Source: Cyanophora paradoxa CCMP329
Taxonomy: Eukaryota; Plantae; Glaucophyta
Assembly (NCBI GenBank): GCA_004431415.1
Contig: QPMI01000167.1
Location: 62,001 to 126,000 of the forward strand
Direction: 5' to 3'
Length of the DNA stretch: 64,000 bases
Shown: positions 23,000-38,731 of the stretch, one piece after another
Position numbering within the stretch: the first letter of the stretch is position 1
Layout of the letters: each line of letters opens with the position of its first letter
The notes under the pieces: generated by a model
Database searches by the model: none
The model's input: only the letters and a program-made list of their open reading frames with translations
Told to the model about the DNA's origin: nothing
Translations under genes and position numbers: made by a program

Positions 23000-25537
23000 T
23001 CACACGTCCTCCAGCGTCCAGATCTCCGTGGCCGCGCGCACGGGCACGGGCCGCCCGGGCTTGGCCCCGCCCCGCGGCGGCGGCGGGCGATGCACGCTCA
23101 CGAGGCCCCGCGGGGAGTCCCCGACCGCCCCGGGGGCCCCGGCGCGCCCTTGACGCCGCCCGCCACGCTCGCCTTGGGCGCCACGGGCACCGGCGGCCGC
23201 GTCGGGTTGCGCAGCACGGGCCGCGGCGGCCCGCGCCCTTGGGCGGGGGCGGGGCGGGGGCGCGAGGGCGTTCGTGGAGGGGGCGCCGCGGCGGGGCGGG
23301 CGCGCGGCGGCGCGCTCGTCCCACGCCGCGAGGGGCGCCTGCGGGGCCCACGCGGAGGCGAGCGGGATGCCCGGGGCGGCAGTGGCACGCTGACGACCCG
23401 CCCGCCGTAGGCGCCGGCGCGGCTGCCGGTGCCGCCGCGACTGCTGCCGATGCGGGCGCGCAGCGACTCGGACATGCGGCGGAGGCCGGCGCGCAGGCGC
23501 GCCGTCGCGCCGCCGCCCTTGGCGCGCACCCGCTCCCAGAGCTGCCAGGCGGTGTACTCGGCCTCGGGGGGCCCGGCGTCGGCCCGGGCGGCGCGCTTGC
23601 GGGCCTGGCAGCGGAGGTACCACCAGAGGGCGGCGGCGGCGAGGAGCAGGAGGGAGGCGGCGGAGCAGGCGGAGACGGCCGCCACGAAAACCCCGAGGCG
23701 CGAGGCGGGGATGCCGGCAAGCGCCGGCGGGTCCTCCACCCTGACCGCCACCCCAGCGCGGAGGGCCGAGCGGTAGGGCTCGTCCGTGGGGTAGACGAGG
23801 AGGGCGGCCGAGGGGAGGGCCCCGATGAGGGCTGCCGGGGGCACCTCCCAGATGAAGGACGTGCCCGCGAGGCCCGTGGCGAGCTCCCGCGCCGTCTCGT
23901 TGCTCCCGTCGTACGAGAGCGCCACGCTCCAGCGCGGCACCTCCGCCGTCGCCGCCCAGCGGAGGGCCAGCGGGGCGCCCGGCGGGGCGTACGAGCCGGG
24001 CGCCGGGGCCTCGACGAGGAGGCCGGCGGGGGCGACGTCGACGGGGAGGACGCGGGCGGCCGGCGCGAGGGCCCCGGGCGCTCCGCCTGCACCACGAGCT
24101 CCGCCGCGCCCCGCGCGCCTCCCAGGGGATCCTCACCGCCGCGCTCCCGCCTGCGGGCGCCCCTGCGCCAGCACCGCCGCCCTGAAGAAGCGATCTCAGA
24201 GAGACCTCAGCGCGGCCGCGGGGCGAGGCCGAGGGGCGGCTAGGGGGCGGCACCCGGCGGGGAAGACGAGGTGGACGGAGACGACGGCGGGGCGAGCCAG
24301 GCGCCAGGAGAGGGTGTACGAGGCGAGCGCCCGCAGCGTGCCGTTCGCCGCCAGCGCCACCTCCAGCCCGTCGCCTGCCCACCCCCGTCGGCCCCGGCCC
24401 GGCGCGGCGGGGCGGCAGGCTGGGCAGGGGAGGGGGGCGGGGGGGTGGGGGTGGGGGGTGGGGCGGGCGGACTGTGTGCGGCGAAGGGTGCGGAGGCGGC
24501 GGTGGCGAGGGGGTCGGCGTCGAGGGCGACGCGGAGGAGCCAGGGGCCGCCCCGGCGTGCCGCTCCTCCAGCGCCACCGCAAAGGCGGCCGCGTAGCGCG
24601 CCCCGCCGGCGGCCTCGGGGGCCCACTCGGGGCGCCCGGCGTGGAGCGCGTGGGGGCACTCGGCGGGGGCGGAGGGGAGGCAGAGGGCGGCGGCGAGGAG
24701 CCCGGCGGCGAGGCCGGAGACGGGGGGGGCCGAGCCCGGCGGCGTGGGGACCTCCAGCGAGACGCGCACGGGGTACGAGTGCCCCGCGAAGGCCTCCGCG
24801 GGGGGCCCGAGCTCCACGCGGAGGCCGGGGACAAGGACCCGCACGTTGGCCGAGACCCGCGTGTCCGCCCCCGCCGTTGCCCGAATGTAGTACGTCCCTG
24901 GCCCCCGCGTCAGCCCCGCGAGGCGGGCCCCCGGGCTGCGCGGCGCCGGCACCTGGTGCGTAGACCGCCGGGTCCACGAACCAGGGGATCACTGGGGCGC
25001 CGGTCAGGGCGGGGGGCGCTGCAGGGGCGGGGCGCGGGGGGGACCGTTGCGGAGGGCATTGGGCGTGAAGGCCTGCTCTCTCGCGATCTGGGCCGTATAG
25101 TCCCCGGCCCCCGCCCCCACCTGCCCCCCCGCCCCGCCTGAGCCGCACCGGCGCGAGGCGGGCGGCGCGCGCGCGGGCCGGCGCACCCTGAAAACCCACG
25201 CGCTGAAGGTGCGGGTCTCGCTGAAGGGCGCAGTGAAGTCGATGGTCACCTGCCAGGCTGTTAGCGAGAGGCTAAGAATGAGAAGCTAGCGCCTCTACTA
25301 GCTCTGAATGACTCGATGGTTACATTGAGGCGCTGCCCGCGGTTCAGCACGACAGTGTTGGCCTCCGTCCCCGTGCCGCTGCGCGCGCGCGCGAGGCGAG
25401 CGTCAGCAGCGGCATCGCACAGCTCACATCACGGGCCAGACGCCAGCGCACATCGCGGGCCACACGAAGAACACGTCCGCGCTGGCGAGCCTGAGGAGAC
25501 CTGCCAGCGCCAGGAATGCTAGCAGCCAGCGCGGCAT
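23000..25537 (-). CDS. Uncharacterised type I membrane protein
   Basis: Signal peptide MPRWLLAFLALAGLLRLASA, beta-rich ectodomain exons, TM LGVFVAAVSACSAASLLLLAAAALWWYL followed by basic residues. Confidence 0.65.
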
Positions 25538-25922
25538 CGTTTCCCGCTTCCTGGCATCCTCAACTGAGTTATCGATGTGCGCTAGCTACAGCTGGCGGCG
25601 TTTGAGATTGGCAGCGACGTTTTTAGCTAATGGCGGCCTGGCGCGGCTGCGGCCATCAAGTCAACCTTAAATCAAAGTCAACCCCAGTCCAACCTCCAAT
25701 CAAACTCAACCAAAGCCAACCCCCCCGCCTGGGCAACTGCCGGTAGGCTTCAGGCTTCAGACTCAAGCCGACAGCTGGGAGCAGCTGAGCCCCTGCAGTT
25801 AGCTAGAGTTCACTTCGGCAGCCTGCAACCAAGGGCCGGAAGCTTGAAGGCTCGAGCAGCTCAGGCTGTTGCGTGGAACGTGTGAGCTTGTACCCGTCCG
25901 TCGCTCATTCCCCCATCCAGAG

Positions 25923-27265
25923 ATGGCGTTCTCAGTCGCTGCCGTGGCCGTCCCGACCCAGGCGGTCGTCGCCTCGACCTCAGCTGTCTGCTCGGCTCAG
26001 CGCGCCGCGCCGGCCGCTCCGGTCACGGCTCCGACGTCGGTGGCTCGCTTCCAGGCGGCTAGCAAGGCCCGCTTTGGCGTCGCCGTTCGCAAGCAGACCG
26101 TTGAGTTTGCGTCTCCGCTCAAGCTTCGGTTCGCCCCCGCCCCGGCCATGACGTTTCGCACGTCGTCGATGCGGTCTTGGCGGGCGACTTGGGAGATAGC
26201 AAGCGCTCGTTTTGAACTACTCCTGCAGCGCCGTTGAGGTCGTGGCGTCGTCGGAGTTCAAGGATGCCGGGGAGACCCAGACGCTCGGTTCGTGCACGTG
26301 CTTTTGCGTATGAACCAGCGAACCGCTCTTCCCCCTCTGCCATTCAAAGTGCTCACCTAGAGCCGCGCAGAGTCGTTCTTCGCGGATACCGGCGCGAAGC
26401 TGGCCGCTGGTCTGACCCTCCTGCTCGCCACCACGCCCCTCGTGCGCCGCCGCGCCCCATTCCTTTTCTGGTGCCCCTCGACCCGCCCTCGTCCCTTTTT
26501 GACGCTGCTGGACGGCAGCCGGCGCTCGCGGAGGAGGAGGAGGTGACGACGCCGGTCTTCACGCCGCTGCTGGACGGGGCGACGCAGTTCATCCACCCGC
26601 TCCTCATGTACGGCCTCTTCGGTGCCAGCATCTACGCCGGTCCGCCCCCGCCCCCGCCCCCGCGCCGCCTCTGCGGTAGCGCCGCGGTGCCGAGGGGCTG
26701 ACGCTGGTTGCAGGCTACCTGGGCTGGAAGGTGCGCGAGACGCGCTCGGCCAAGGGCGAGGAGAAGTCGAAGCTCCTCAAGGGCAAGTACTCCGATCGGT
26801 GCGCCGGGCGCGCGCGCGGGGCGGAAGGGCCGGGGCCGAGGCGGGGAGCAGGCACGCCAAGCTGGGGAGCATCATCCAGGGCGCGATGGTCTCGGGCACG
26901 GCCCTCGGCATGCTCGTCACCTACAACAACAACGGCAAGCTCTTCCCCGGCTCCCACCTGTGCGCCCCGGCCCCGCCCCGCCCCGCCCCGCCGCCCCCGC
27001 CACGTGGCGCCTAACGCGGGGCAGGTACTCGGGGGTCCTGATGGCGGCGCTGATCGCGACGGCGGGGGCGCTGACGCCGTGGATGAAGGAGGGGAAGGAC
27101 TGGGCGCGCAACCTCCACATCGCCCTCAACTCCACCATGGTCCTCCTCTTCGTCTCCGAGGCCCGCCCCCGCCCCGCCCCGCCGCGCCCCGCGCTGTCCG
27201 AGCGGCCGCGCCCGCAGGTCGCCACCGGCACGGAGATCGTCCAGTTCCTCCTCGGCCTCAAGTGA
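25923..27265 (+). CDS. Plastid-targeted DUF4079 membrane protein
   Basis: Transit peptide MAFSVAAVAVP...; FIHPLLMYGLF..GYLGWKVR..HAKLGS..TYNNNGKLFPGSHL..ARNLHIALN. Confidence 0.88.
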
Positions 27266-27771
27266 GCGCCCCGCGGCCTCCGAGGCCGCGCGCCGCGCCT
27301 TTGTGCGCCGGCCCCCTGCAATTTTGCTCTCCCATTCGCTCGGCATTTCATCTCGAGAGTATGTGTTGTAATTTGAACAGATCCGCGTTCCGCAGACGGG
27401 CCGGGGCAGACGCCGTTCCGCAGACGGGCCGGGGCAGACGGGCCGGGGCAGACGTCGAGATCGAAATCGAAAACCGAAGCTCGAGATCGAAATCTAGGTC
27501 TATTTGCTAGGTCTAGGTCTAGGCTTAAGATCAAGAGGGGGAGCTCGAGATCGAAGGTGCGGGCCTTGCCCGGAGGCTCGCCCGCCGGCCTTTCCGAATT
27601 CGAAGTTCCCGCCCGTGACGGCCACTGAAGGGAAGGGGAAGGGGGCGGCCCGAAACCCTAACGAGCCCCCGCCCGGAGACGAGCCCCGGAGTATGTACAC
27701 GCGCGTGGCCACGGGGGGAGAAGGGGGGCGGGAGGGGGGGGGGGGGGGGGGGGGGGGAGGTCCAGGGGCGC

Positions 27772-28647
27772 TCAGCGGACGACGAGGACGGGGCGGGAGC
27801 AGTTGCGGACGACGTAGTCGCTGACAGAGCCGAGCACGAGGCGCTTGATGGCGCCCAGGCCCCGCGAGCCTGCGAACGCACGCGCCGCCGTCGAGGCTGC
27901 CCCGCAGCGGCCGAGGCGCCGGCCGGGCCCGGGGCCGCGGCGCACCGACGATGACGAGGTCCGCGCTCCAATCTTCCGCGAGCTTTACGATCTCTTCACG
28001 TGGGGAGCCGCTGCGCACCTGGCGCCGCCACGGCGTCCCGTCAGCCGCGGATCTTCCGCCCGCACTAGCGCATCCCGCGCTGGCGGCGCAAGAGGACACG
28101 GCCCGCACCACCATCTGCACGTTCGTAATACCGCGGACCTTGAATGGAAGGAACTTTGCATTAGCACACAACAACGCGACGATTGGTCGAACGCGAGCGG
28201 ACCTTGAGGTCATTCGCGCTTGTCTCGAGGAGGTGCTCGGCGCGCGCCGCCTCCCAGTTGAGCATACGCTGTCGCATTGACTTGTCTGGAAGAAGAATCG
28301 GGAACGCAGTGTCTGCAAGGACGAGCGCGCGCGGTGATCGGCTCAGCGGGCGCGCAGGGGGCAGGCGCGCCGCCGATCTGCGCGAGTGACGGAAGCGTGC
28401 CAAGATCACCACTGATGCCGGTTGTGGGCGGTTCAGCTGAGGCGACGTTAATCAGAGAGCGGCGCGCACTCACGGGAGACAAGCGCGAAATCGAACCGAT
28501 GGCAAGAAGCACGAGCTCGTCGTCCTCCTTCCGGAGGCGCTCCGCATATAACTGCAGCGCATACTTCGCGGGCGCACTGCCGTCGAGCGTGACGATGACT
28601 CGGCGCGGCATCTGCGACTCGTTCAGATGCGCAGACGCCACGGACAT
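27772..28647 (-). CDS. Universal stress protein (USP-A like)
   Basis: RRVIVTLDGS..., GSPREEIVKLAEDWSADLVIV-GSRGLGAIKRLVLGSVSDYVVRNCSRPVLVVR*. Confidence 0.92.
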
Positions 28648-29035
28648 CGCGACCGCACCGTTTTCTGTTCCGAGTTCCTTCCTTGATGAGATCGATTTGT
28701 TCCTTCCTTGATGAGATCGATTTGCAACAGAGACGAAAGCTCACAGTTGCAGTACCCCTTCACGCCCGCAGAACGGACAGCTGCAGGGCCCTGCCCGAGC
28801 CGGCTACGCCGACCACGCCGGCTAACGCGGGGGTACGCTTTCAAGGGGGTACCTTCGGCTCGCTACTCGAGCTCCGGCCCGGCCGCGCCGCGGCGCAGCT
28901 ATGCGCCCATCTGCATGCGCCTTCAATTCGAACCAGAATTCGAGCTGTTGGAGCTGGGTTTGGGCTTGCAATGGGTTCGGGCTAGGTGCAACAGCGAAAC
29001 GCAGGGGAAAGAGAAAGCGGAAAGGCTACTAGGGG

Positions 29036-32000
29036 CTAGTTTGCGGCTGCTGCAGCGGCTGCCTGCGGGGCGCCGGGGGCGCCGCCAGGGGCCGGGTCGG
29101 ACTCGGCGACGGCGCCGGCAGGCTTGGGCTTGCGTTTGTTGCGGGCGCCCTTGGAGCCAGCCGCGCCCTCCGCCTTGGCCGCCTGCTGCCGCGCGCCGCC
29201 GCCATCGGCCGGGGCCCGCTGCTGGCGCTCGCCGCGCGGGGGCCCTTGGGGTGCCGTTGCTGCTGCTCGCTGCGGGGCGGGCGTCCTTGGGGGTCCCTGA
29301 GCTGGCAGTGCGGGGCCGCTGCTGGCCGGGGCGGGAGGGCGAGTGGCGGGGCGCGGCGTGGGGCGCGGCGGAGGAGGGGCGCCGAGAGCGCGGTGTGCCG
29401 GTGGAGACGAGGCTGCGGGAGGAGATCTGGGGCGAGCCCGGCGCCTCCTTCGGCGGCGGGGGCGGCGGCAGGGCGGCGGCGAGGGCGCCCCCGCGGCACA
29501 GCGTGCCCCACACGCTCCGCAGCTCGGTGAAGACCTGCCGCGCCCGTCGGCTCGGGGACGCAGGGGCGGGCGGGGCGGGGGCGACGCACGCGGGCCTGGC
29601 CGGCCTTGGTGAGGGTCCGGGCGACGTCGCTCTCCGCGAAGGGCTCCTCCACGCACGCCCGCCACAGCGACCAGCTGCTGCACCGCGTCTGGATCTTCCG
29701 CGCCGGGCCCCCGATCCGCACCGCGACTGCCCCGCCCCGCCCCCTCGCTCGCGAGCGTGCCGGGGCCGGGGCGGGGCATGGGGCGCGGACCGGCGTCGGT
29801 CTCGGGGGAGTACATGTAGCCGTAGTAGGCGAGGAACTGAAGGAAGAGGGAGCAGAGGGACTCGGTGTTCGCGCCGGCCTCGAAGCCGGGGACGGAGGCG
29901 GGGTCCGGGTTGAACGCCGGGGCCGGCCCGACGGGCGCCGTCGGGATGGCGGCGATGGCGCTCGCCCCCTGCAGGTTCGGCACCACCGGCGGGCTCACGC
30001 TGCCCCCGCCTCAGCGGCCCGAAGGGGGCCGGCGGGGCGGGGCGGGGCGGGGCGGGGCGGGGCGGGGCGTGCCTCTGGAGGAAGTTGACGGCCATGAGGG
30101 TCCAGGCGTAGTGGCTGAGGTCGCCCCCGAGGTTGCGCCGCTGGGCCAGCAGCTTCACGGCCGTCGCCAGGCCCCGCACCCGCGCGTCCGCCCGCGCGTA
30201 CGCCGCCAGCAGCGTCGTGCTCAGCAGCGCCGCCGACGCCGCCGCCGGCCCGCACACCGACACCTCCACCCCGATCCCCGACTCCGGGTCTGCCGCCCCG
30301 TCGGCCCCCGCACGCCGCCGGCGGCGCTGGCGGGGCCGGCGCACCGCGGAAGGTGAGGTGGGCGCGGCGCCCCATCTGCGCCGGCTTCACGGCCACGGCG
30401 TGGGCGATGGCGGGGCGCGTCATGAGGGCCCCGGCGAGCTGCGCGGGGGTGAGCGGGGGAAGCGGCGCGGGCCGGGGCGGGGGGCGCCTGGTGGAGGAAC
30501 TCGTCCTTGGTGGCGGCGTCGGGGGCGCCCTCGTGGGCCTCCACGAGGAGGTTGAGGTCCGAGCCGCGCCAGTGGAGGCCCGAGCCGGCGCTGCCCACCA
30601 CGCGCACCCCGGCCGAGCCGGCCAGCCCCTGCACCATCTCCCCGACCGCCCGCGCGATCCGGTGGAAGTGCGCCGGCGCCTCCGGCCCCGGGCCCTCCGC
30701 CGCCAGCAGCGCCGCCAGCTCCCCTGCAGCCGCCCCACCAGCTGCGCCCCGCCCGGTCAGGCCCCGCCCCGCCCCGCCCGCCCCGCAACGCCCCGCCCCG
30801 CGCACCTCTTGCGGCATCCCCGCCGGAAGACCCCGCGGCGCCGGCGGCGGGCCCGTCCCCGAGCCTGCCCCGCAAGCAAAAAGTCAGCCGCCGCGGCGAG
30901 CGCAGGATGCAGCGTGCGCGCAGACCCGAGGCGGCGGCGGCCGCGATGGCGATGGCGCCGTCAAAGGCGCTTGCAGGGTCGGGCGCCGCGACCGGAACCG
31001 GGATCATCGGGAGGAAGGTCGGCGTCTCGAGCAGCCCCGCCTGCGCGGCCGCCGGGGCGTCGCCGGCGCCCCGCCCGCGCCCCCCGCGGCCGGCATTTCC
31101 ACCCCTCCGGCCCGCGCCGTCGCCACGACGCTGCCCGCCTCGGCCTCCGTGCTGCACTTCCCCGTCGCCGGGCTGCATGCTGCAGCGGCGCGTGTCACCG
31201 GAGGTCAGGGTCTGCCTCGCGCCGCACGCTCGTACCCGGGGAGGGGCTGTGGGGGAAAGACCACGGCAGGAGCCCCCGGGAAGATAGGCGGACTCTGCAG
31301 AATCCCGCCCCCATAGCCGCCTGGCGGCACACCGGCGGCGATGAAGGCCCCTGGGAAGCCGCCTGCGCGCACGGGGCGGTCGGCTAGGTGTACCGCCGCG
31401 CGCAAGAGGGACACGGCGAACCGGGAGGGGGCGGGGCGGGAGGTTGCAGGCGGGCGAGGCCGTCCACAGTCGCCGAAGCCTGCGAGGCCACCAGCAGCAG
31501 CTCCTGCGCTGCGGCGTCAGGACCGCACCCAAAGAAAGAAAAAGGAGAGAACCTTAAGGAACTTCATCTTCAGGGCGTCGTCCATGGCCTTGGCGCTCTG
31601 GCGCCCACTGGAGCCACGGTAGCGCGAAGCGGTCCGCTTCATGTTCGCCAGCAGCTGCTTCGAGTTCTCGTCGAGCGACTGACATTTACGGAGTGCGATT
31701 AGCGCGACGGTTCGCTTTGCCGCAGCCGTGGCCGGCGGCTTTGCAGCTTCGGCGAGAGCGCACCCGCCATGAGATCATCCAGTCGAGCACAGTCAGAATG
31801 GAAGCGGTTGGCAACACAGCAAACAGTCGTTCGTCAAGAGCTAGAGAGTCGATAAGATCCGACAGGCACTGCCTCACGGCCGTCTCGCTCATGGTCCGCT
31901 CGCATGCGGAAGCGAGTAAGTGCTGGACACGCGCTTGAGGTGCGCTGATCGGCTTCTGCGCGCGTCTGTCGGATCGCCGCACGCTCCGAGAGGAGTCGTG

Positions 32001-32130
32001 AAACCAGAACGACGCGAACCTGAGGTGTGGTTTGTTTTGGCGCCGGGATGAAGACCGGCGCGTCTGCATGCAGCTGAAAGGCTCCATGCGGAGCCGCCGC
32101 GGGCGGAGCGCCGCCGGCGGCCGCTTCCAT
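29036..32130 (-). CDS. Cid1/TUT-family non-canonical nucleotidyltransferase-like protein with N-terminal PAM2-like motif
   Basis: VVGSAGSGLHWRGSDLNL; DARVRGLATAVKLLA..LSHYAWTLMAVNFLQ..PPVVPNLQ; NTESLCSLFLQFLAYY; CVEEPF. Confidence 0.82.
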
Positions 32131-32399
32131 CTCCTTTTGGGGGGGTATACGTAGAAGTTTAAAAGCTGGTCGTGCATGCAAAAACTGCTGCATGCGCTGG
32201 ATCAAAATGCCGATCGTCTCTATATATATTATCTGTTGACGCAGATTGTTGCGGCGGCAGCGGCAGCGGGGCCGCGTGGGGCAGGTGTACATGTAGGACC
32301 GCGGCCGCCGGCGCCGGCGCGGGAGCCCGCCGCGGCGGCCGGAGGTACCGGTGTACGTACGTAAATATACCTCCCGCCCTCCCCGAGAGTCCTCAATTG

Positions 32400-32619
32400 C
32401 AAGGGGGCCTTTCCGTGCTGGGCCGACGTCGACGTCGACCGAACTTCGGAAGCTGCGCGTGCTCCGGTCCGGCGGTGGATGGCGGGCTGGGCACTCCTCG
32501 TGGTCCAGTACTAGTCCCACCGTGGCACGAACTGGAGCTCCAAAGTTGAAATCCGTCGAGTTGTAGTCGTTCTGTCTGCCGCAGTGCAGCTGCAGCCCTG
32601 TACGTATGTTTCTCGAAGT
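32400..32619. repeat. Partial copy C of dispersed repeat family
   Basis: Aligns by eye to the 3' half of 37924-38366 and 61811-62222. Confidence 0.8.
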
Positions 32620-32792
32620 GCAAAGGCCAAGTTCCCGAAGCAATTCTAGCCTAGCAGATCTACTTCTAGCATGCAAGAACTCAATACGCTGTGACAAGCG
32701 AGCATGCGCAGCATGACTAATCTGTGCGGCCGCGACACGCCCAGATAACTAGCTCTAGCCGAATATCGATATCTATGTGAAACAAGGGCGCC

Positions 32793-34245
32793 CTAGCCGT
32801 CGATGTTGATGTTGATGTGGAGATAGAGAGGCTTGGAGGTGAACAGGGAGAGCTTGTTCTGCTTGCGTGTGGGCACCATGGGCTTGGTGTACCTTCGCGC
32901 GAGGCTCGGGGGCGGGATTGGCGGGGAGGGCGGGCCACGGGGCGCGCGCGCACAGCTCGAGGACCATGGGCCCCTGCTTGAGTTCGGACTTCTCGACGAA
33001 GCTCCAGCAGCGCACGGAGTTCTTCTTCTTCTTCGCCTTCCAGTGCTTGAACTCGAACACGATCGCTGCTCCTGCGCATGCCCTGCCACGTCACCGCGCG
33101 CCTTCCGTGCAGGGCAGCCGGGGGCACCGTTCGGGAGCTTGTCAAAAGGCGTCTGTATCTGCACTGCTGTCCCGAAAATGACCTGCGAGCTGGGTGAGAG
33201 GGCGCAGCGGGGCGGGTGGGGCGGGGGGGGCGGGGGAGGGGGGCGCGGACGTAGTCGGGCTTGCGCATGGTGGATATCGGCGTGTCCTGGTGGTTCTCCA
33301 CAGCCATCCCCTGGGAATCTGCACGCCGCGCCCGCCGTGAGGGGCCCCGGCGCGCCCGGGGCGGGGCGCGCCGAGCGCGCGCAGTGCGGCGGCGCACCGA
33401 GGACGGAGACGGTGATGAAGGGGTCCACGTACTCGTGGTAGTCCTTCAGCCCGATCCGATCGATCTCCACCACGATCCCCCGCTGTGCCGGCGCCGCTGG
33501 CGCGCTCGACCCCGCCGCGGGCCGCGCGGCCGGCGTCTGCACTGGGATCGGAGCCGCCGGCCTGGGCGCTGCAGCGCGGGCCGGGGCCTGCTGGGCCGCA
33601 GCTCTCGCCTCTGGAGCAGCTACCGCTGCAGCCTGTCGTTGCACAGGCAGGCGCGTCGGCGTGTGCAGCGTGGAGTCCACGCCCGGCGGCGCCTCGCCTT
33701 CGATCACTGTTGGCTGCCTCCTGCGCGCGGCGTCGGTGTGCGCCGCACCACCGCGGCGCCACAGTGGATGTGCTCACTCGAACTCGAGCTTTGCTTGCGC
33801 AAATGGACCCAGATCGACAGGGAAGTCGACGGGGCGGTCTGTGAAGAGCTTGGGGAAGACGGGTTTCAGTCTCTTCACCTGCACCGCGGGGACTCAGTTC
33901 GTAGCTTGCATGAAAACCAAGAGACGAACGTGGTCAAGTGTGATGCCCGGCGACGTTGTGGCCTTGATGGCCTTGCTCCTCAGCTCCAGCGTCAGCGCGA
34001 GCTTCATAAGGAGCTGCCGCTGCTCCGTGGTGATGCTCATGCTGGATGCACTGTCCGATATCGTCATTGCAAGCAGGTGGTATCCTTCCGTGGCCTGCGC
34101 GCGTCCCTGCCAGTGAACAATCCGAGCGGCGCGGCCGAGGACACCTCGAGCGGACCTCCTCGATCTGGCCCCATGTGTCAGCCTCCAGACACTCCTCATA
34201 CGCCTGCGTCCAGCGCCTCTTGAGCGCGTCAATGTCGACGCTCAT
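32793..34245 (-). CDS. AIDA: Axin interactor, dorsalization-associated protein (AIDA C2 domain)
   Basis: ADTWGQIEE-ATEGY; IDRIGLKDYHEYVDPFITVSV; AAIVFEFKHWKAKKKKNSVRCWSF; LFTSKPLYLH. Confidence 0.92.
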
Positions 34246-34417
34246 GCCGCTGCCCGAGCTCCTCACAGAGCACGCTGGGCTCTCGCAGACTTTTGATCGA
34301 TCAGGGAGGTTCGAGAGCGCCTCGCCGGCGCTGTCAGCACTCACAACGTGCGCCCGTCTTTTTTCGCAGCGGGGTAGAGTGAAACACGGTTTTGGTGCCC
34401 GCGAAGGATCCTTCGCG

Positions 34418-37545
<3,128 letters not shown>

Positions 37546-37743
37546 CGGCCCCGCCTTCCGCCCCCGCCTGTACGTACCTTGACCATGAACCCAGCGCAAT
37601 GGCAGTGAGAGCGTGAAAGGCTTGATTTAGAGCAGCAAGCTGGACACTGCAGCAGGTTGCTGCAACTGCAGCTGCAGCCAGCTACTTTTTCGACTAGCAC
37701 TTCACTCTGTAGCTATAGCAGTGTGGGCCCACTGCAGGCCCTG

Positions 37744-37896
37744 CGTAACACACAAAAGCCGCTAGCGCTGCGCGTTCATGGGGAAGCGCGCCCAGCCCTG
37801 CCTAATCGCTGCGCACTCGGCTGCGCGCCGCGCTGCTCTTTGCTAAAATCGGTCGCGCGGCTCGTTCTGTTCTGTTATGGCGCCGCCACGCCGTGA
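37744..37896. repeat. Duplicated fragment of the 5' end of the DnaJ gene at 42147-42284
   Basis: Near-identical CGTAACACACAAAAGCCGC...CTGTTATGGCG, same orientation. Confidence 0.85.
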
Positions 37897-37923
37897 TCTA
37901 TGGCGCCGCCACGCCGTGAGCCG

Positions 37924-38366
37924 CCTCCCGTGGCGCCGTGTCGGGTGCGAAGTTGTAATTTGTTTTGATCTAGAGATCAAATCCTGCATGCCTAGGCCTG
38001 CAGCTGTGATCGTGCACGTGCACGTGACCTGACATTGCCGCCTTGCGCATGCGCAGGCTCCCCCCCGCGGGCACCTTCCGCCCGCGGCGGGCCGTCGCCT
38101 CCCGATCCACCGGTGCTGCAATCTTCGGCACTCCACCTAGGTGCCGGGGGGGGAGTACTCCCCGGGCCCTCCCTCAAGGGGGCCTTTAATTTCGAATTCA
38201 GTGCTCGGCCGACCGAATTCGAAGCCGCTCCGGATCCGGCGGTGGATGGCGGGCTGGGCGCCCCTCGTGGTCCAATCCCACGAACTGGAGCCCCAAAGTT
38301 GAGATCCGTCTATAGCTAGCTTGTAGACGTTCTGTCTGCAGTCTGCATGTTTCTCGAAGTACACTG
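37924..38366. repeat. Dispersed non-coding repeat, copy A (about 430 bp)
   Basis: High similarity to 61811-62222. Confidence 0.9.
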
Positions 38367-38731
38367 CAGGCCCAGTGGGTACACGGATACTTTGATCTGG
38401 CCGTGTGGCTGTAGGGTGCCCCGGCCCAGCCCGGTCTTCGACAGTGCTTCTCGTCGTGGCAGCGCCGCGCCGGGGAATGCAAAGCACGTTTTTTGCGGTC
38501 CTTCCTCCGACGCCGCGCGTTGCGGACGTGAGCTTCAAACGATCCAGTGAGCATCTACGCGGTCATTCGACAGTACTAGCGTCCGACCCCGCCTGCCGCG
38601 TGGACGGCCGTAATGAACGATTCCGGCCACTTTCCAGCCCCGAGCCTGCCGCAGCGTTTCTAAGGAATGAACGTTGCCCGCGATTATCCGGAGAGGCTCG
38701 GTTACCGGGATCGTGCCTCGGGCTCGTCAGT

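Noticed and set aside
27725-27760. Long G/C homopolymers (also about 46542, 50664, 52518, 63071)
   Set aside because: Simple runs in UTR or intron context; lengths unreliable; no specific function supportable
28675-28724. 25-bp tandem duplication containing TGATGA
   Set aside because: No properly placed D box or guide; treated as a simple local duplication
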